Positions 1 to 11,470 of a stretch of 64,000 bases of DNA are shown piece after piece. The stretch is from positions 28,798,188 to 28,862,187 of the forward strand of contig CM119263.1 of assembly GCA_051294375.1 (NCBI GenBank), written 5' to 3'. The position numbers and the translations under genes were made by a program. Source of the stretch: Paraspadella gotoi. Its lineage: Eukaryota > Animalia > Chaetognatha. Position 1 is the stretch's first letter. The number at the start of each line of letters is the position of its first letter. The notes below the pieces were generated by a model that searched no databases, had not been told where the DNA came from, and saw nothing but the letters and a program-made list of their open reading frames with translations.

Positions 1-18
1 GGTTGGGAGAGGATGAGT

Positions 19-80
<62 letters not shown>

Positions 81-232
81 TTGATGTTGATGATGTTGAT
101 GATAATGATAAAAATAATGATTATAATGATATTGATATTAATGATAATAATGCTTTTGATTATGATAAATGTGAAGACGATGGTGTTTGAAATTATGACA
201 ATAATGATAATGACTTTATTGATGTTGATAAT
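19..232 (+). repeat. (GAT)n microsatellite decaying into a GAT/AAT-rich tract, intronic
   Basis: Direct reading; it explains the poly-Met ORF at 3..398. Confidence 0.95.
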
Positions 233-250
233 GCCAGTTCCATCCCTCAC

Positions 251-1386
251 CTCTCGGCTTCGTTCTCCACGACTTTGGTCAGCATCAACACAACACGCGA
301 CTCATTCTGCCAGACCATCGACCAAAAGTCCTCGATGGTCGATTCCATTGGCGCCTGCGTCGCAATGTAAACCCGCGGCTTCTTGCGATGACCCCTGACG
401 TAGTTGGCGTTGATGTAAGAGGGCGTGTCCCGCCCGTCGACGCCCGGAAGATGGAGCTGGACTCTGGTTGAGGGATTGGGAACCACGTTGGCGAAACGAT
501 TCTTCTCTGGATCAGATTCGACCTGGAGGAGAAATGGATTTATTCGTGTAGCCTTAACAATTATATTGTAATGCTACTGAGGCGGAAACTGTTTTAATTT
601 ACTCAATATTGCGATATTATATTTTAATCAATTTTGAAATTCGGCTTATGTCTCTTGACTTACCTTTTTTAGACTCATTTACATATTGTAGTAGGTTTTG
701 TATAAAATTTTAATTCGTTTTGTTTTTTGGGGATTAAGTTAAAAAATATTAGAAAAGGGCAAATAATATTTAGATGTATGATTTTAAAATAATATTTAGT
801 CAACATTGAAAGGTTTTGTAAGATGTTACGATATTGAAGCGATTTACTACTGAGGATTCGTAGTTAAGTGAGTTAGTGGCAAAATAAACCTGAATTGATA
901 TTTGAAAATTGAATAGTAGGAGTCTACGTCGTTCTTAGAGATCGAAGGAAGACTTTTTCAATGGAGATTTTCGTTCAAATCTGACTACCAAACAATATAA
1001 CGCTCCTGGTAAAAATTCTGGTAAAATATGATGTAAAAAACACTTGATTCCGATCCTGTTGATCTGAAGGGCTCGCATTTTTTTTCTATTGTCAAAATCA
1101 TCAACATCTTGATATCAAAACAAGCCAGAACAAATAGACTGCTTCTGGACGGAAAATTTTTCCATCTCTGATTTTATATAGAAATGAAAGGGATTTTTTT
1201 CTGAAAACGATATAAACGTGACTGAGGTATGTTCCTGTTCAACAAATGAGGTCAATTTGGAATCCTTGCGCAAAGTGTCTGAAGGGCTCTCAAAATTTTC
1301 TTTATTTTATTAGGTTATTTTGATATGATACGATCATGGTAAGTGTGAATTAGTCCATTTTGGATGAATTTTTTAATTAAAGTAAA

Positions 1387-1417
<31 letters not shown>

Positions 1418-4326
1418 ATTTTTAAGTAAAAGAGGAGGGCTAACGATCGGAATTCTAAGAGTTTCAACGGGAGTCAGATTCGGGAAAAATCTTCTATGGC
1501 GAAAATCTTCCAAAGAAGGGGTGAATTTTCAAAGATTTTGGTTAATATTTTCTATATTTATAGTCGCATTTTGGAAACTTAATATTAACAATATTGCCAT
1601 CATTCTACCTTGGCCGGTATAAGAATATATTAAAAAATAAACCCTGAATTGATATTTGAAAATTGAATAGTAAAAAATTAATGTTAACTTAGAGTCAGCA
1701 GGATCGACGACGCTCATAATAATACGAGAAAAATCAGTGATAAATTTTGAATTTGGCGATAATCGATAAAATAATTAATAGATTTAAAAAAATAATTAAA
1801 ATTTAAATAATCATATCACCGAATCGTCGTCGTCCGCCTTCGGCATCGGATTCGGCAGCGTCCGGAACTCTCTCTCCATCGCCCGGTCGTTCTCAGCCCG
1901 ACGCAGCAACTCGGCGTGGCCCATCGGCCGCGAGAACATCCCCTCCAGCATCTCGGAGGTGTGGTTGAAGAAGGCCATGGAGACTTTGGACATGCGGTAG
2001 AGTTTCGTCCGGCGGAATGAGCTGAAGCGGGAAGACGGACGAGAGACGGAGACTGAAGACAGGCTGGCGCATTCGAAGGCTTCGTTGACCACGCCCTCTT
2101 CCGGAGCGTGCCGATGGAAACCCGCCGTCCAGCTCTTTTGGAGAAGGGGGAGTAGGGAGGGAAAGTTTAATTTAATTTATTCTCAATTTTAGGTTTAGTA
2201 AAATGAGAAAAAAAATGTTGTCTTATTTTTTTGTAGCAGTTTTAAAGTCATTTTCTCGAGGTTAAAGAAATGCTTAAAAGTTAAAATTGATAAGCTGATT
2301 ATGATTATGATTATCAAGAATGAAGAAAAATGAAAAAAAGAAATGATACTTTCTTTGTTTTAGAGAACAGTGGATAATTAATTGCTAATTAATATTCGAC
2401 AAAAGGAAATACTTTTTTTTTTCTTCAAAAAATGTACATCGACTTCTTTGCCTTTTGTTTTCTTTATTTGTTTCGGTTTAATTGTATTGCATAAAAATCA
2501 AACGTTCCCCCGATGTGCCTAACGTTCGCCCACCCCACCCCCCCCCCTCCCCGCAGCACCTGAATCGTGGTGGTCGACGGCCGCGTCCGCATCAGGATCT
2601 GCAGGACGACGACGGAGAGCAGCACTAGAACGGCGAGAACGGCGACGACGACGGCGACGACGACGCCCGCGCCGACGCCCTTCGAAGGCTCCTCCTCGAA
2701 GACGACGGATTCCACGCTGCGTTTGAGGACGACGTGCATGACGCGGGAGCTGAGGTCGTCGGCGGGGGCGTTCATCGCGCGGACGAGGAATTCCTGACTC
2801 GCTTTGGTTTTGGCTTCGTCCACGAGGCGCTCGTCCTGCGGGGGAGGGAAGGGGGGGAAGTGAGGGGAGTTCGTATGATGGGGGAAGGGAGGAAAGGAGA
2901 TGCGTGAAGAAGAAAAGGTTTAACGGATTAATCGCGGGTTGATTAACATCACCGTGTGGCGGTATATTCAAACCGCCTCACGTCCACCATCCTTCAGCCA
3001 AGTCCATTGGCTCAGAGGGGGAACACACCATCCCAGGTGTAGTGTTCCATCCACAGTCCTAACGACTTCCCTCTGCGTTGGCAAAGCGAGACCGTCCTAG
3101 GGTAACCGCGCCAGTGACTGGAGACGTCACTGAGGGTCGGAATCCCTCAAAGCCAACAGTGAGATGCCCCATCCCAATGGGCATCACAGGCAACACGGCT
3201 GTTGCCATAACCGCTTCACTGAAGCCTTCAGTCGTAATATTTTTTGTATTTTCGAGATTATGAATATTATTAATATTAACCGTTCATCTGCTTGAATTTC
3301 CACTTTTTTTTCCCCACGGTTAGTACTTTGTCTCACATTCCATACTATACTATATTCGCCAGTTAATTCATGCCCTTTTCCACATTACAGTTCACCTCCA
3401 TTTTATTTCTACACTCGCCCCCGCCCCCTCCTAACCTTTGACTCCGCGACGTAATACGAAAACGAGACGGTCCTCCTCCCCTCGTTCCCGCCTTCTCCTT
3501 CCCCGGAACAGGTCGTCCCCACTTGGTGCGGAATGAGACGGACGAGCGCGTCGGCGGCGTTGACGTGTCGGGCGATGGTCTTCTTAAACCGACGATCCTC
3601 TTGTCGGCAAAAGAAGTCGGCCTCGGAGAGGCGAAGGGTGATGTCGACGTAGAGTTGGCCTCGAGGATAAGGGACGGACGAAGCGATGAGACGAGGCGTC
3701 GTCTTCGCCGTTTTCGTCGTCGACTTCATCGTCGGTTTCGTCGTCTTTTCTTTGGATTTCGTCGTCGCTTTCGTCTTCGTCGTTGTCGTCGATGTGGACG
3801 ACGATTTCGGCGTCCATTTCGTCTCCGGCGACAAAACCGGCGTCGGCGTCGGCGGCGTTCTCGTCAAGATTTCGACGCCGGGAATCTTGTTATTGAAGGA
3901 GGTGGTCATCGGCGGCGTCGTGGGCAGAGGCGGCGCCGTTTCCGGTTCCCCTTTGGGACCCGGAACGTTTTGTCCGTGTTGTGTTTCCTCCGCGGTGGCG
4001 CCGGCGGTTTGGGACGAAGTCGAAGCGTCCGTCTTGGCGCTGTGAGTTTCACTTTCGGCGCCATGAGTCTCAGTCTCGACGACGCTATCGTCCGTCTCAG
4101 CGCCGCCCGTCACCGAGACCACGCCCCCTTCCCCTTCTGTTTCCGGCAAACGCGTCTCGGCCTCCGCCGATTTTCCGGTCTCCTTCGAATCCGTGGTAAC
4201 GCCGACGTCTTTGGCGTTGTCTCCGGTGGAAGGGATTTCGTCGCCGTCTGAGGGCGTCTCTAAAACGGCGTCATCTCTCGGCGCCTCGGACGCGTCAAAG
4301 GGTGGCGCCGAGGTTGGCGCGGCGCT

Positions 4327-4357
<31 letters not shown>

Positions 4358-5835
4358 TCGTTGTCTAAAGTTAATTTTGTTTTGGCGTTTAAGAAAGATG
4401 ACGACGACGACGACGACGACGACGAAGGCTGATTGTCCTCCAAAAAAGGCTTTTTATTTGCCGCAGGTGGCGCGGCGATCGTATCTTCGTCGCCGTCATC
4501 GTCATTTTCATCGTCGTTGTCCTTCGGGTTCGTTGTCGACTGATCCACTTCTTTGTCATCATCGTCATCGTCATCTCCGTTCACGGGATTTATTGAAGAT
4601 TCGTTATTATTGTCATCGTGATTCTCTCTGGTATTAGTCGAGGATGTTCCAACTTTTTTTTCAGTAATATGATCATCGTCATTGACTCCTGGATTTAATG
4701 ACAATGAATCGATAGTTCCTTCATTGTCATCATTGCTGTCATCACTTCCATCATCTCCTGGATTTGTCGTCGATTGGTTAATGACTTTTTCATTGTCTTC
4801 ATTTTCCAGATTTGTTATTTGATCAATTAGTTTTTCCACATCATCTATGTCGACAATCGGATTTGTCGTGGATCGAGTGACTGACCGACCGTCATTGTCG
4901 TCTTCTTCGTCTTCTTCGTCTTCTTCGTCTTCTTCGTCTTCTTCGTCTTCTTCGTCTTCGTAATCGTCAATTCCGTCGCGCGTCTCATTCGTCGCGATCG
5001 TCGCTTTCGACTTCTTCGCTTTCGTCGTCACTCGAACGTCAACGGATTTCGGGGCAGCGGCGTCGACGGGCGATTCTAGGGGTGCGTCTGTAGGCGAAGT
5101 AGTGGATGTTGAAGTGGAGGAAAGGGTGGGGGATATTGCGGAGGGGATTGTTGAGGATGTAGAGAGAAGGGATGAAGAAGAAGGAGAAGGAGGTGATGAA
5201 GACAGATTGGAAGTAATGGTTCCGATCCTTACATCTTCTTCCTCTGTCCCCTCCTCTTCCTCTTCCTCTGTCCCCTCCTCTTCCTCCTCTCTTCCGATTT
5301 CCGGCAAAGGCGCCCACTTTCCGCTTCCAGATTTTCGTTTGGGATTCTCGACTTCTTGGCCGAGACTCGATTCTCCGCCGAGAACCTCCGCTTGGCCGGA
5401 AGGAGTTTCGAAGTGTTCTTCGGAATGGATCGTGTCTTCAACGATGGTGAAGTTCACCGAACCACTTTCGACGCTATCGTGAGAATGAAGGAGGGACACG
5501 CCATCTTCGAGAGGAGAAGTTCCGCCACTAGCGCCCACAACGACCCCGCCAATGACGTCAACGACGTCAGCGCCACCTTTTTCCTCGACGTTGGCGGCGT
5601 TGGCGTCCGAGACTCCCAACTCATCGTCGACGCTTTCGTCTGGATCCTCGGCGCCGGCGACGCCACTCTCTTCATCCCGGCGCCCATCCTCCTCCGTCTC
5701 GATTTCCGGACTCAAATCCGGTCGACGCCGGATGGAATCCGATTCTCCGGGAAAATCCGGAATTTCCGACATCGAATTTCCGGTCGTCGCCGACATCAAC
5801 GTCGCCCACAACAACAACAACAAAATCCCGCGCAT
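251..5835 (-). CDS. Receptor-type protein tyrosine phosphatase, PTPRR/PTPN5(STEP)-like; 3' end lies beyond the left edge of the window
   Basis: Exons 5835-3523, 2835-2560, 2134-1820 and 522-251 join in phase 0 through GT-AG sites. The protein has a signal peptide (MRGILLLLLWATLMSA), a ~770 aa D/E/S/T-rich ectodomain, a TM helix (VGAGVVVAVVVAVLAVLVLLSVVVLQIL) and PTP motifs KNRFANVVPNPSTRV, YINANYVRG, YIATQAP and DFWSMVWQ. The PNPxxRV motif and the pre-catalytic helix resemble the PTPRR/STEP subfamily. Confidence 0.85.
918..1640. repeat. Dispersed ~720 bp repeat, copy 1 (probable non-autonomous TE)
   Basis: Collinear with 16505-17207, from aggagtctacgtcgttcttaga to ttggccggt..aagaatatattaaaaaa. 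Flanked here by a ~38 bp direct repeat (aaataaac(c)ctgaattgatatttgaaaattgaatagta at ~882 and ~1635). Confidence 0.8.
2953..3232. other. Densely base-paired intronic island (structured RNA or SINE/LINE UTR candidate)
   Basis: At least nine stems of 6-11 bp, some nested, in ~280 nt of balanced-GC sequence inside a PTP-gene intron. Confidence 0.45.
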
Positions 5836-6562
5836 TTTTCTTTTTCTTTTTTTTAAGAATAAAAAACCTTATTTTATGATTAAGTTTTTCCTCGGGTCAT
5901 CTTTGCCGTCTCATTCTTTTTTAGGCATTTTGCCATCTTGACAGTTTTTTGGGCCAGATTCTTCGTTTTGAACTTTAGTAGCGATGCCGCTGAAGAAACG
6001 AGGTAACAGGTACTGGGCTTGTTCATTTTAGAAAAAATTGGGCAATTAAGGAATAATTAAAAGTCTTTTTTTTTTATTTTAAAAAAATTAGAATTACACA
6101 TTATTACTTATTATTTAANNNNNNNNNNTTCATTTTAGAAAAAAATGGGCAATTAAGGAATAATTAAAAGTCTTTCTTTTTATTTTAAAAAAATTAGAAT
6201 TACACATTACTTATTATTTAAATTAATTTTAATTACTAAGATACGATCAAATACGTTCTCCTTTGAAGGTGAAATAATGATATATTTAGAATTTTCTTTA
6301 TTTAGACTTCCTTGGTACTTACAGAGGTCAAAGTTCATAATAAAGAAATTGTTTAGCTTGCGCGACGCATTTTCAGACGAAAGGTTTTTAGAATGAAGAG
6401 TAAAGAGGATCTTAAAAAAAAAAAAGAAAAAAAATCTTTAAAAAAAGGTATTTTGATTCTAGAATTATAATAAGAAGGGGCGTTTCTTTTCTTCGCAAAA
6501 AAAAAGGGCAGACGTCGAAGTTTCGATTTTGGGAACAACTGACACCGCGAATTTCCAAAAGT

Positions 6563-6632
<70 letters not shown>

Positions 6633-6703
6633 AGAAAGGGAGATGCGACCCAGAACCAGTATTCGGTCGAAAAACAAAAACAAGTCCGGCTTTTTCAAAA
6701 TTT

Positions 6704-6746
<43 letters not shown>

Positions 6747-7069
6747 CTCTTTCTCTCTCTCTTTCTTTCTTTTTTTTTGGTCTCTCTTTCTGCCTTTTTT
6801 TATAACCTGTCCCTTACTACCAGGGGGTTTCACTCACAAAAAAGATAATCACTCAAACGGACACAATATTCATTATATTTTCAAGGTATAAGCTGACTCT
6901 GTCAAATTACGGTTAAAAACCATTAATAAAAAAAACGACAATTAAACACTTAAATTACTAGCAGGTTAAAAAAAACAACATAGAAATTAATATCTACATT
7001 TAAACAAATGAGAGAGAACAATGAACGCTATTATATTTTCAATTTCCAATCACAGATTTTAAAAGATCC

Positions 7070-7614
7070 TCATCTCGCCATGAGCTGCTTCCTTCTCTGC
7101 TGCGGCGGCTGCTGCGAAGCCTGCCACCTCCGCTTCTCCTGCTGCTGCTGAGCCCCTTCCCATTGAGCCTTGAACAAATTCCAAGAGTCTTTCTCTCTCA
7201 AAAACGCGTCCAGCCTTCGATCGGGCGACGCTTGGGCCAATGACCCAGAATCAACGGGTACGTGCCCGATGGGCAGTTCTTCGAGCTGCGCTGCGACGTC
7301 GTTTTCCGCAGCCACGCCCACCCTGTTTCGTTTTCTCTCTCGATGATGAAAATTTCGTAGATAGTTCGATTCCGTCGCCATCGGACGCTCGTAGACGCTG
7401 GATTCCTGCGACGCCGGACGGGCGACTCGCCGCGGCGTCGGGGGCGCTCCCGTCGCTTCGGAATCAGTCAGCGAGATGTTGTCGAGGAAATCGAGAATCG
7501 CGCGAGATCGCTGCATCTTCCAGGCAACGAGACCAACAACGGTCTCACGCTGCAGCTCCGCCGCTTCCAGCTGCGGCAGGGAAGAGGGGGAAGGAGGTGG
7601 ATGGGATGAGAGAG

Positions 7615-7697
<83 letters not shown>

Positions 7698-10012
7698 ATA
7701 AATAGAAGAAGAAGAAGAAGAAGAGAAGAGAAGAGAATTGGAGAAGTTCAAAGAAGGGACAGAAAAAAGCTTATCAGTTATGATTTGAACTGATAATGAC
7801 ACCGAAAAATTCAATTTTTATATTTATAAATAAACACAAATTGTCTGTCGGTCACTCTTTTGACGATATCCCACCTGATCCTTGGTCGCCGGATGCTTCA
7901 GCTGTTGCGGCAGCGGTGTCACCGCTTGCTGCGAGAGAGCGATCTCTGCCAACTGACGCTGATAGCGACGCATGGGTCGATGATAGAACCGCCCAGCCGA
8001 AGCCGTCGGATCTTGGAAAGCTTCGTGCGCTCGCCCCGGCCCTTTACAAGCTTTGCTTGGCCGTCCCGGTGCTTGGAAGACTTCGTGACTCGAATCTTGA
8101 CCAACGTCGGAATCGCGTCGCGCTTGATGCCGCTGCTGATTTATTTGCTGCAGTTGCTGCTGCTTTTGCTGCTGCTTAATGGAATGCTGCTGCGTGGATT
8201 CGATGATGACCGTCGTTTCTTCGCCGTCGATTCGTCGAGAGATTGAAGGAGACTCGTCGTCCCAAATATCGTCGTCGTCGATGTCGGCGATCGTTTCCAC
8301 TTCGTCGTCGTTATCGTCGTTTCCGGCGCCACGCCTCCTTCCGCCTCGATGTCCCGGATTTCGTCGGACGTCGCCGTTTCTCTCATCGACGCCGCGACGA
8401 GAGCGTCGGACGTCACCGTTGGCGCCACGCCCACCGAGAGTGGCGCCGTTCATCTCCCTAGCGGCGGCGTCGCGAATGAGATCTTCGGTTCTCGCCTCCG
8501 GTCGGCGTTGCGGCGACCTTTCGGGGTCGTCTACATCATCGTCGGCGTCGTCGTCCTCGTCGCGGGGAAAGGGTCTTCTTCGACGGCGCCGGGTTCGGGT
8601 CATCTCGGCGTCGGCGACGCGATTCGGCGTCATCGAAGACGCCGACGCCGGGCAGCATAGATGGCGCATCTGGACGTGCCACGGGAGGCGCGCCTCGTAC
8701 TCCAGCGCCGCGAAATCCGGAGGATCGGTGCAGCTGTCGCAGCGGCGATGATCGTAAAGAGTCTCGCATCGACAATTGGCGCAGTTTTCTCGTTGGAACC
8801 GTTTGTAGCGGTACCTGGGAGTTTAGGGATGTTAAGATAGCTGGGTTCGGGAGGAGACCTGCCCACTTTGCTCCATTTTTAAGATAGCTGGGTTCGGGAG
8901 GAGACCTGCGCACTTTGCTCAATTTTTTTCACAGATAAAAAAAAAACCATTTTTTTCCGGGTTTCATTCCTCTGTGATGCTAGAGTAAAGGTAACCAAAG
9001 ATATGACGTGTGACTCGGTGTTCATTTTGTAAAAGCTCATGGTATTGTGAACCCCCCCCCCGTTAATGGCTGGTGAATTGTGATAAGAAAGAGGCGCATA
9101 TTAATTTTTATTTCATGGTCGAATACATTTCAATTTCGTAAATAGTTAAACAATTTTCGATAAATAATTTCCGCCTTTTTCATGTCAGATTCTTTCGTAA
9201 GATTTCCCGTCAAATAAAATCGCTCACCATCCCCAGATACAGATGAAGACGACGATGATGAGGGTGATGACAGCGACGGTGACGAGGGTCCATATGACCC
9301 ATTGAGAAATGGGCTGGTCCCCGATCGTCACTCCCGTCACCGCTTGACATCGGCAGGTCCCGTCCGAGCTGCGAAGCGCCTGTTCGTTCAGGCTGACGGG
9401 GGAAATGAAATTTTGAAATAACTAGATCTTAATTACTTATATTTGATCAATTGACTAATTGATTTCATTGTTTCAAAATGAGAAAACACTTCGACCAGCT
9501 GATAAAAATTGATATTTATCAAATTCCCTCTCATATCGTGCTTCTTCCTCAAAAGGCGCCAATGATCAATCTATTTTTAAGATTTAAATAATGCCAATGC
9601 GACTATGCGTGTTCGAGTAAATAATAAAACGGGATTCTCAGTAAGTTTGTTCCTCCTTTAATTCTAATAACGTAAGGGCAAAACCTAAAGTAAACCTAAC
9701 AATTTATAATAGAAATACTAACATATAAATTAAAACCTTTCTTACACGGATAATATATTCCTGGATCAAGTGACAAAAAGAAAAAAATGTAAATTGAAAC
9801 GTTATGTTGAACTGAGACATGATGTTAAACAAACAACGGCGATATTCCTGTCATTCATTTTTAACTTTAAAAAAATATAACAATACAAAATTTGTCACTG
9901 ACGACAAACATAATTCGAAAATGTATCATCTCTCACCCTCAACTGACCTCTAAACTGACCCCAAAACTGACCCCAAAACTTACCCTGTGCAGACGAGAGA
10001 ATCGCAGCTCAT
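7070..10012 (-). CDS. Uncharacterised single-pass membrane protein without signal peptide (type III-like), with Cys motifs on both sides of the TM and a long disordered tail
   Basis: Exons 10012-9984, 9392-9228, 8814-7875 and 7570-7070 splice in frame to give MSCDSLVCTGLNEQALRSSDGTCRCQAV...WVIWTLVTVAVITLIIVVFICIWGWYRYKRFQRENCANCRCETLYDHRRCDSC... There is an in-frame TAA four codons upstream of the ATG. Confidence 0.75.
8833..8921. repeat. Tandem duplication of a ~47 bp unit in an intron
   Basis: taagatagctgggttcgggaggagacctgc(c/g)cactttgctc occurs twice in a row. Confidence 0.85.
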
Positions 10013-10330
10013 TATTTTCCTTTAAATTAGAATCAAACAAAACCAGAAATGTCTCTTTGCTTTTCTTGTTTCCGTCGTCGCTAACCCCGTTTTGTTTCCA
10101 CCCAATTTTTTTCTGTTTTGGTCGGAAGCGACTAGATGTTTTTGCGGTCGACGCCCGTCACGATTTTCATGGTGCTGCTGCTGTCACCGCTGACGCCGAG
10201 TGCGGTTGCTGAGGCTCCTGCCGCGGCTCCTGCTGCCGAGAAAATCTTAAGTCGCACGACAAGAAAAATGTCGCTTCGTCTGGGATTTTTTTTCTTCTCG
10301 ATTATTCCTCACCCCTCTCTCTATCTCGCT

Positions 10331-10416
<86 letters not shown>

Positions 10417-10985
10417 CTCTCTCTCTCTCAAAAAAAAAATAAATATTAGAGGGCACGAAAATAAACATGGTGCGATGCTTCGGTCATCGACTCGGAAATG
10501 TACGCGTGGGGATTTAGTGGAGAAATGTAGAAAAGTAGCATGCAGACTAAGAAAAAAAAAGAATTAAAGAAATAAAGAAAGAAAGAAAGAAAGAAAAAAA
10601 AAGGAGAAATGAAAGAAAAAGAAAAAAATAAGACAAGTTAATTATGTCGACTCGGCTTCATTTATTTCTTCTTTTTTTTATAATCGTTTAATAATAAAAG
10701 TTTTATTAACTATTTTCTGACTCTCTTTATTGAGAAAGTACAAAAAAAGAAAAAAGAAAAGAAAAGAAAAGAAAAGAAAAGAAAAGAAAAAAGAACTTTG
10801 ACGTACAACGAATCTTTACTATACCCAGCATGATGCTTCAAGTTTATTTTCAAATGAATAAGTTAGGACATTCTCTTTTTACTTCGTGGCCCTCTCCCCT
10901 TTTTTTTTCCTTGCATTTTCACATCAAGCTCGACACTACATTGAGACTAAACTTAATTCGTCTAAGATAATCTAATCGATCAAAC

Positions 10986-11071
10986 GTCGCCATGGTAACT
11001 AAGACTCGACTATTCTAAACAGCTTTTCCTGGCCAATCATAGCGCGTTCCGATCTGGTCTCTGACCAATCA
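10986..11071 (+). promoter_or_regulatory. RFX X-box plus two CCAAT boxes in the ZBBX promoter
   Basis: GTCGCCATGGTAAC (10986-10999) fits the X-box consensus GTNRCC-N0-3-RGYAAC. ggccaatca at ~11031 and gaccaatca at ~11063. They lie upstream of a 5' exon ending at the gtaagt donor near 11289 of a ciliary gene. Confidence 0.75.
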
Positions 11072-11372
11072 AGGAAGCGGACGGACGCAGCTGAGTTTCT
11101 TGATCTTTCTTTTCGAGAGTTAGAACGCCGGAATATTTTATCTCTAGAAAATCCGTTATTTTCGAAGAGACGTTAGTGTGAAAACGTTGCTTATCAAATT
11201 TTATATTTTTTTCAAACTCCCAATTTCACACTGAAGCATTTTGAAACATGGAACTTCGATTCTGAAGACCAAGGCTTAATCAACTGAAGTAAGTAAATGT
11301 TAGGCTTACTTTTCTTTTTTGTGTCTATTGCTCATCTTAACTTCCTTACTATTTTCGCTTTTCTTCATTCCG

Positions 11373-11469
<97 letters not shown>

Positions 11470-11470
11470 G

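Noticed and set aside
3523-5941. Many overlapping plus-strand ORFs opposite the PTP ectodomain exon (and similar ones opposite other exons)
   Set aside because: Shadow ORFs caused by GC-rich, GAC/TCG-biased codon usage.
6022-6220. ~95-bp direct duplication
   Set aside because: The copies sit on either side of a 10-N gap, typical of unmerged contig overlap.
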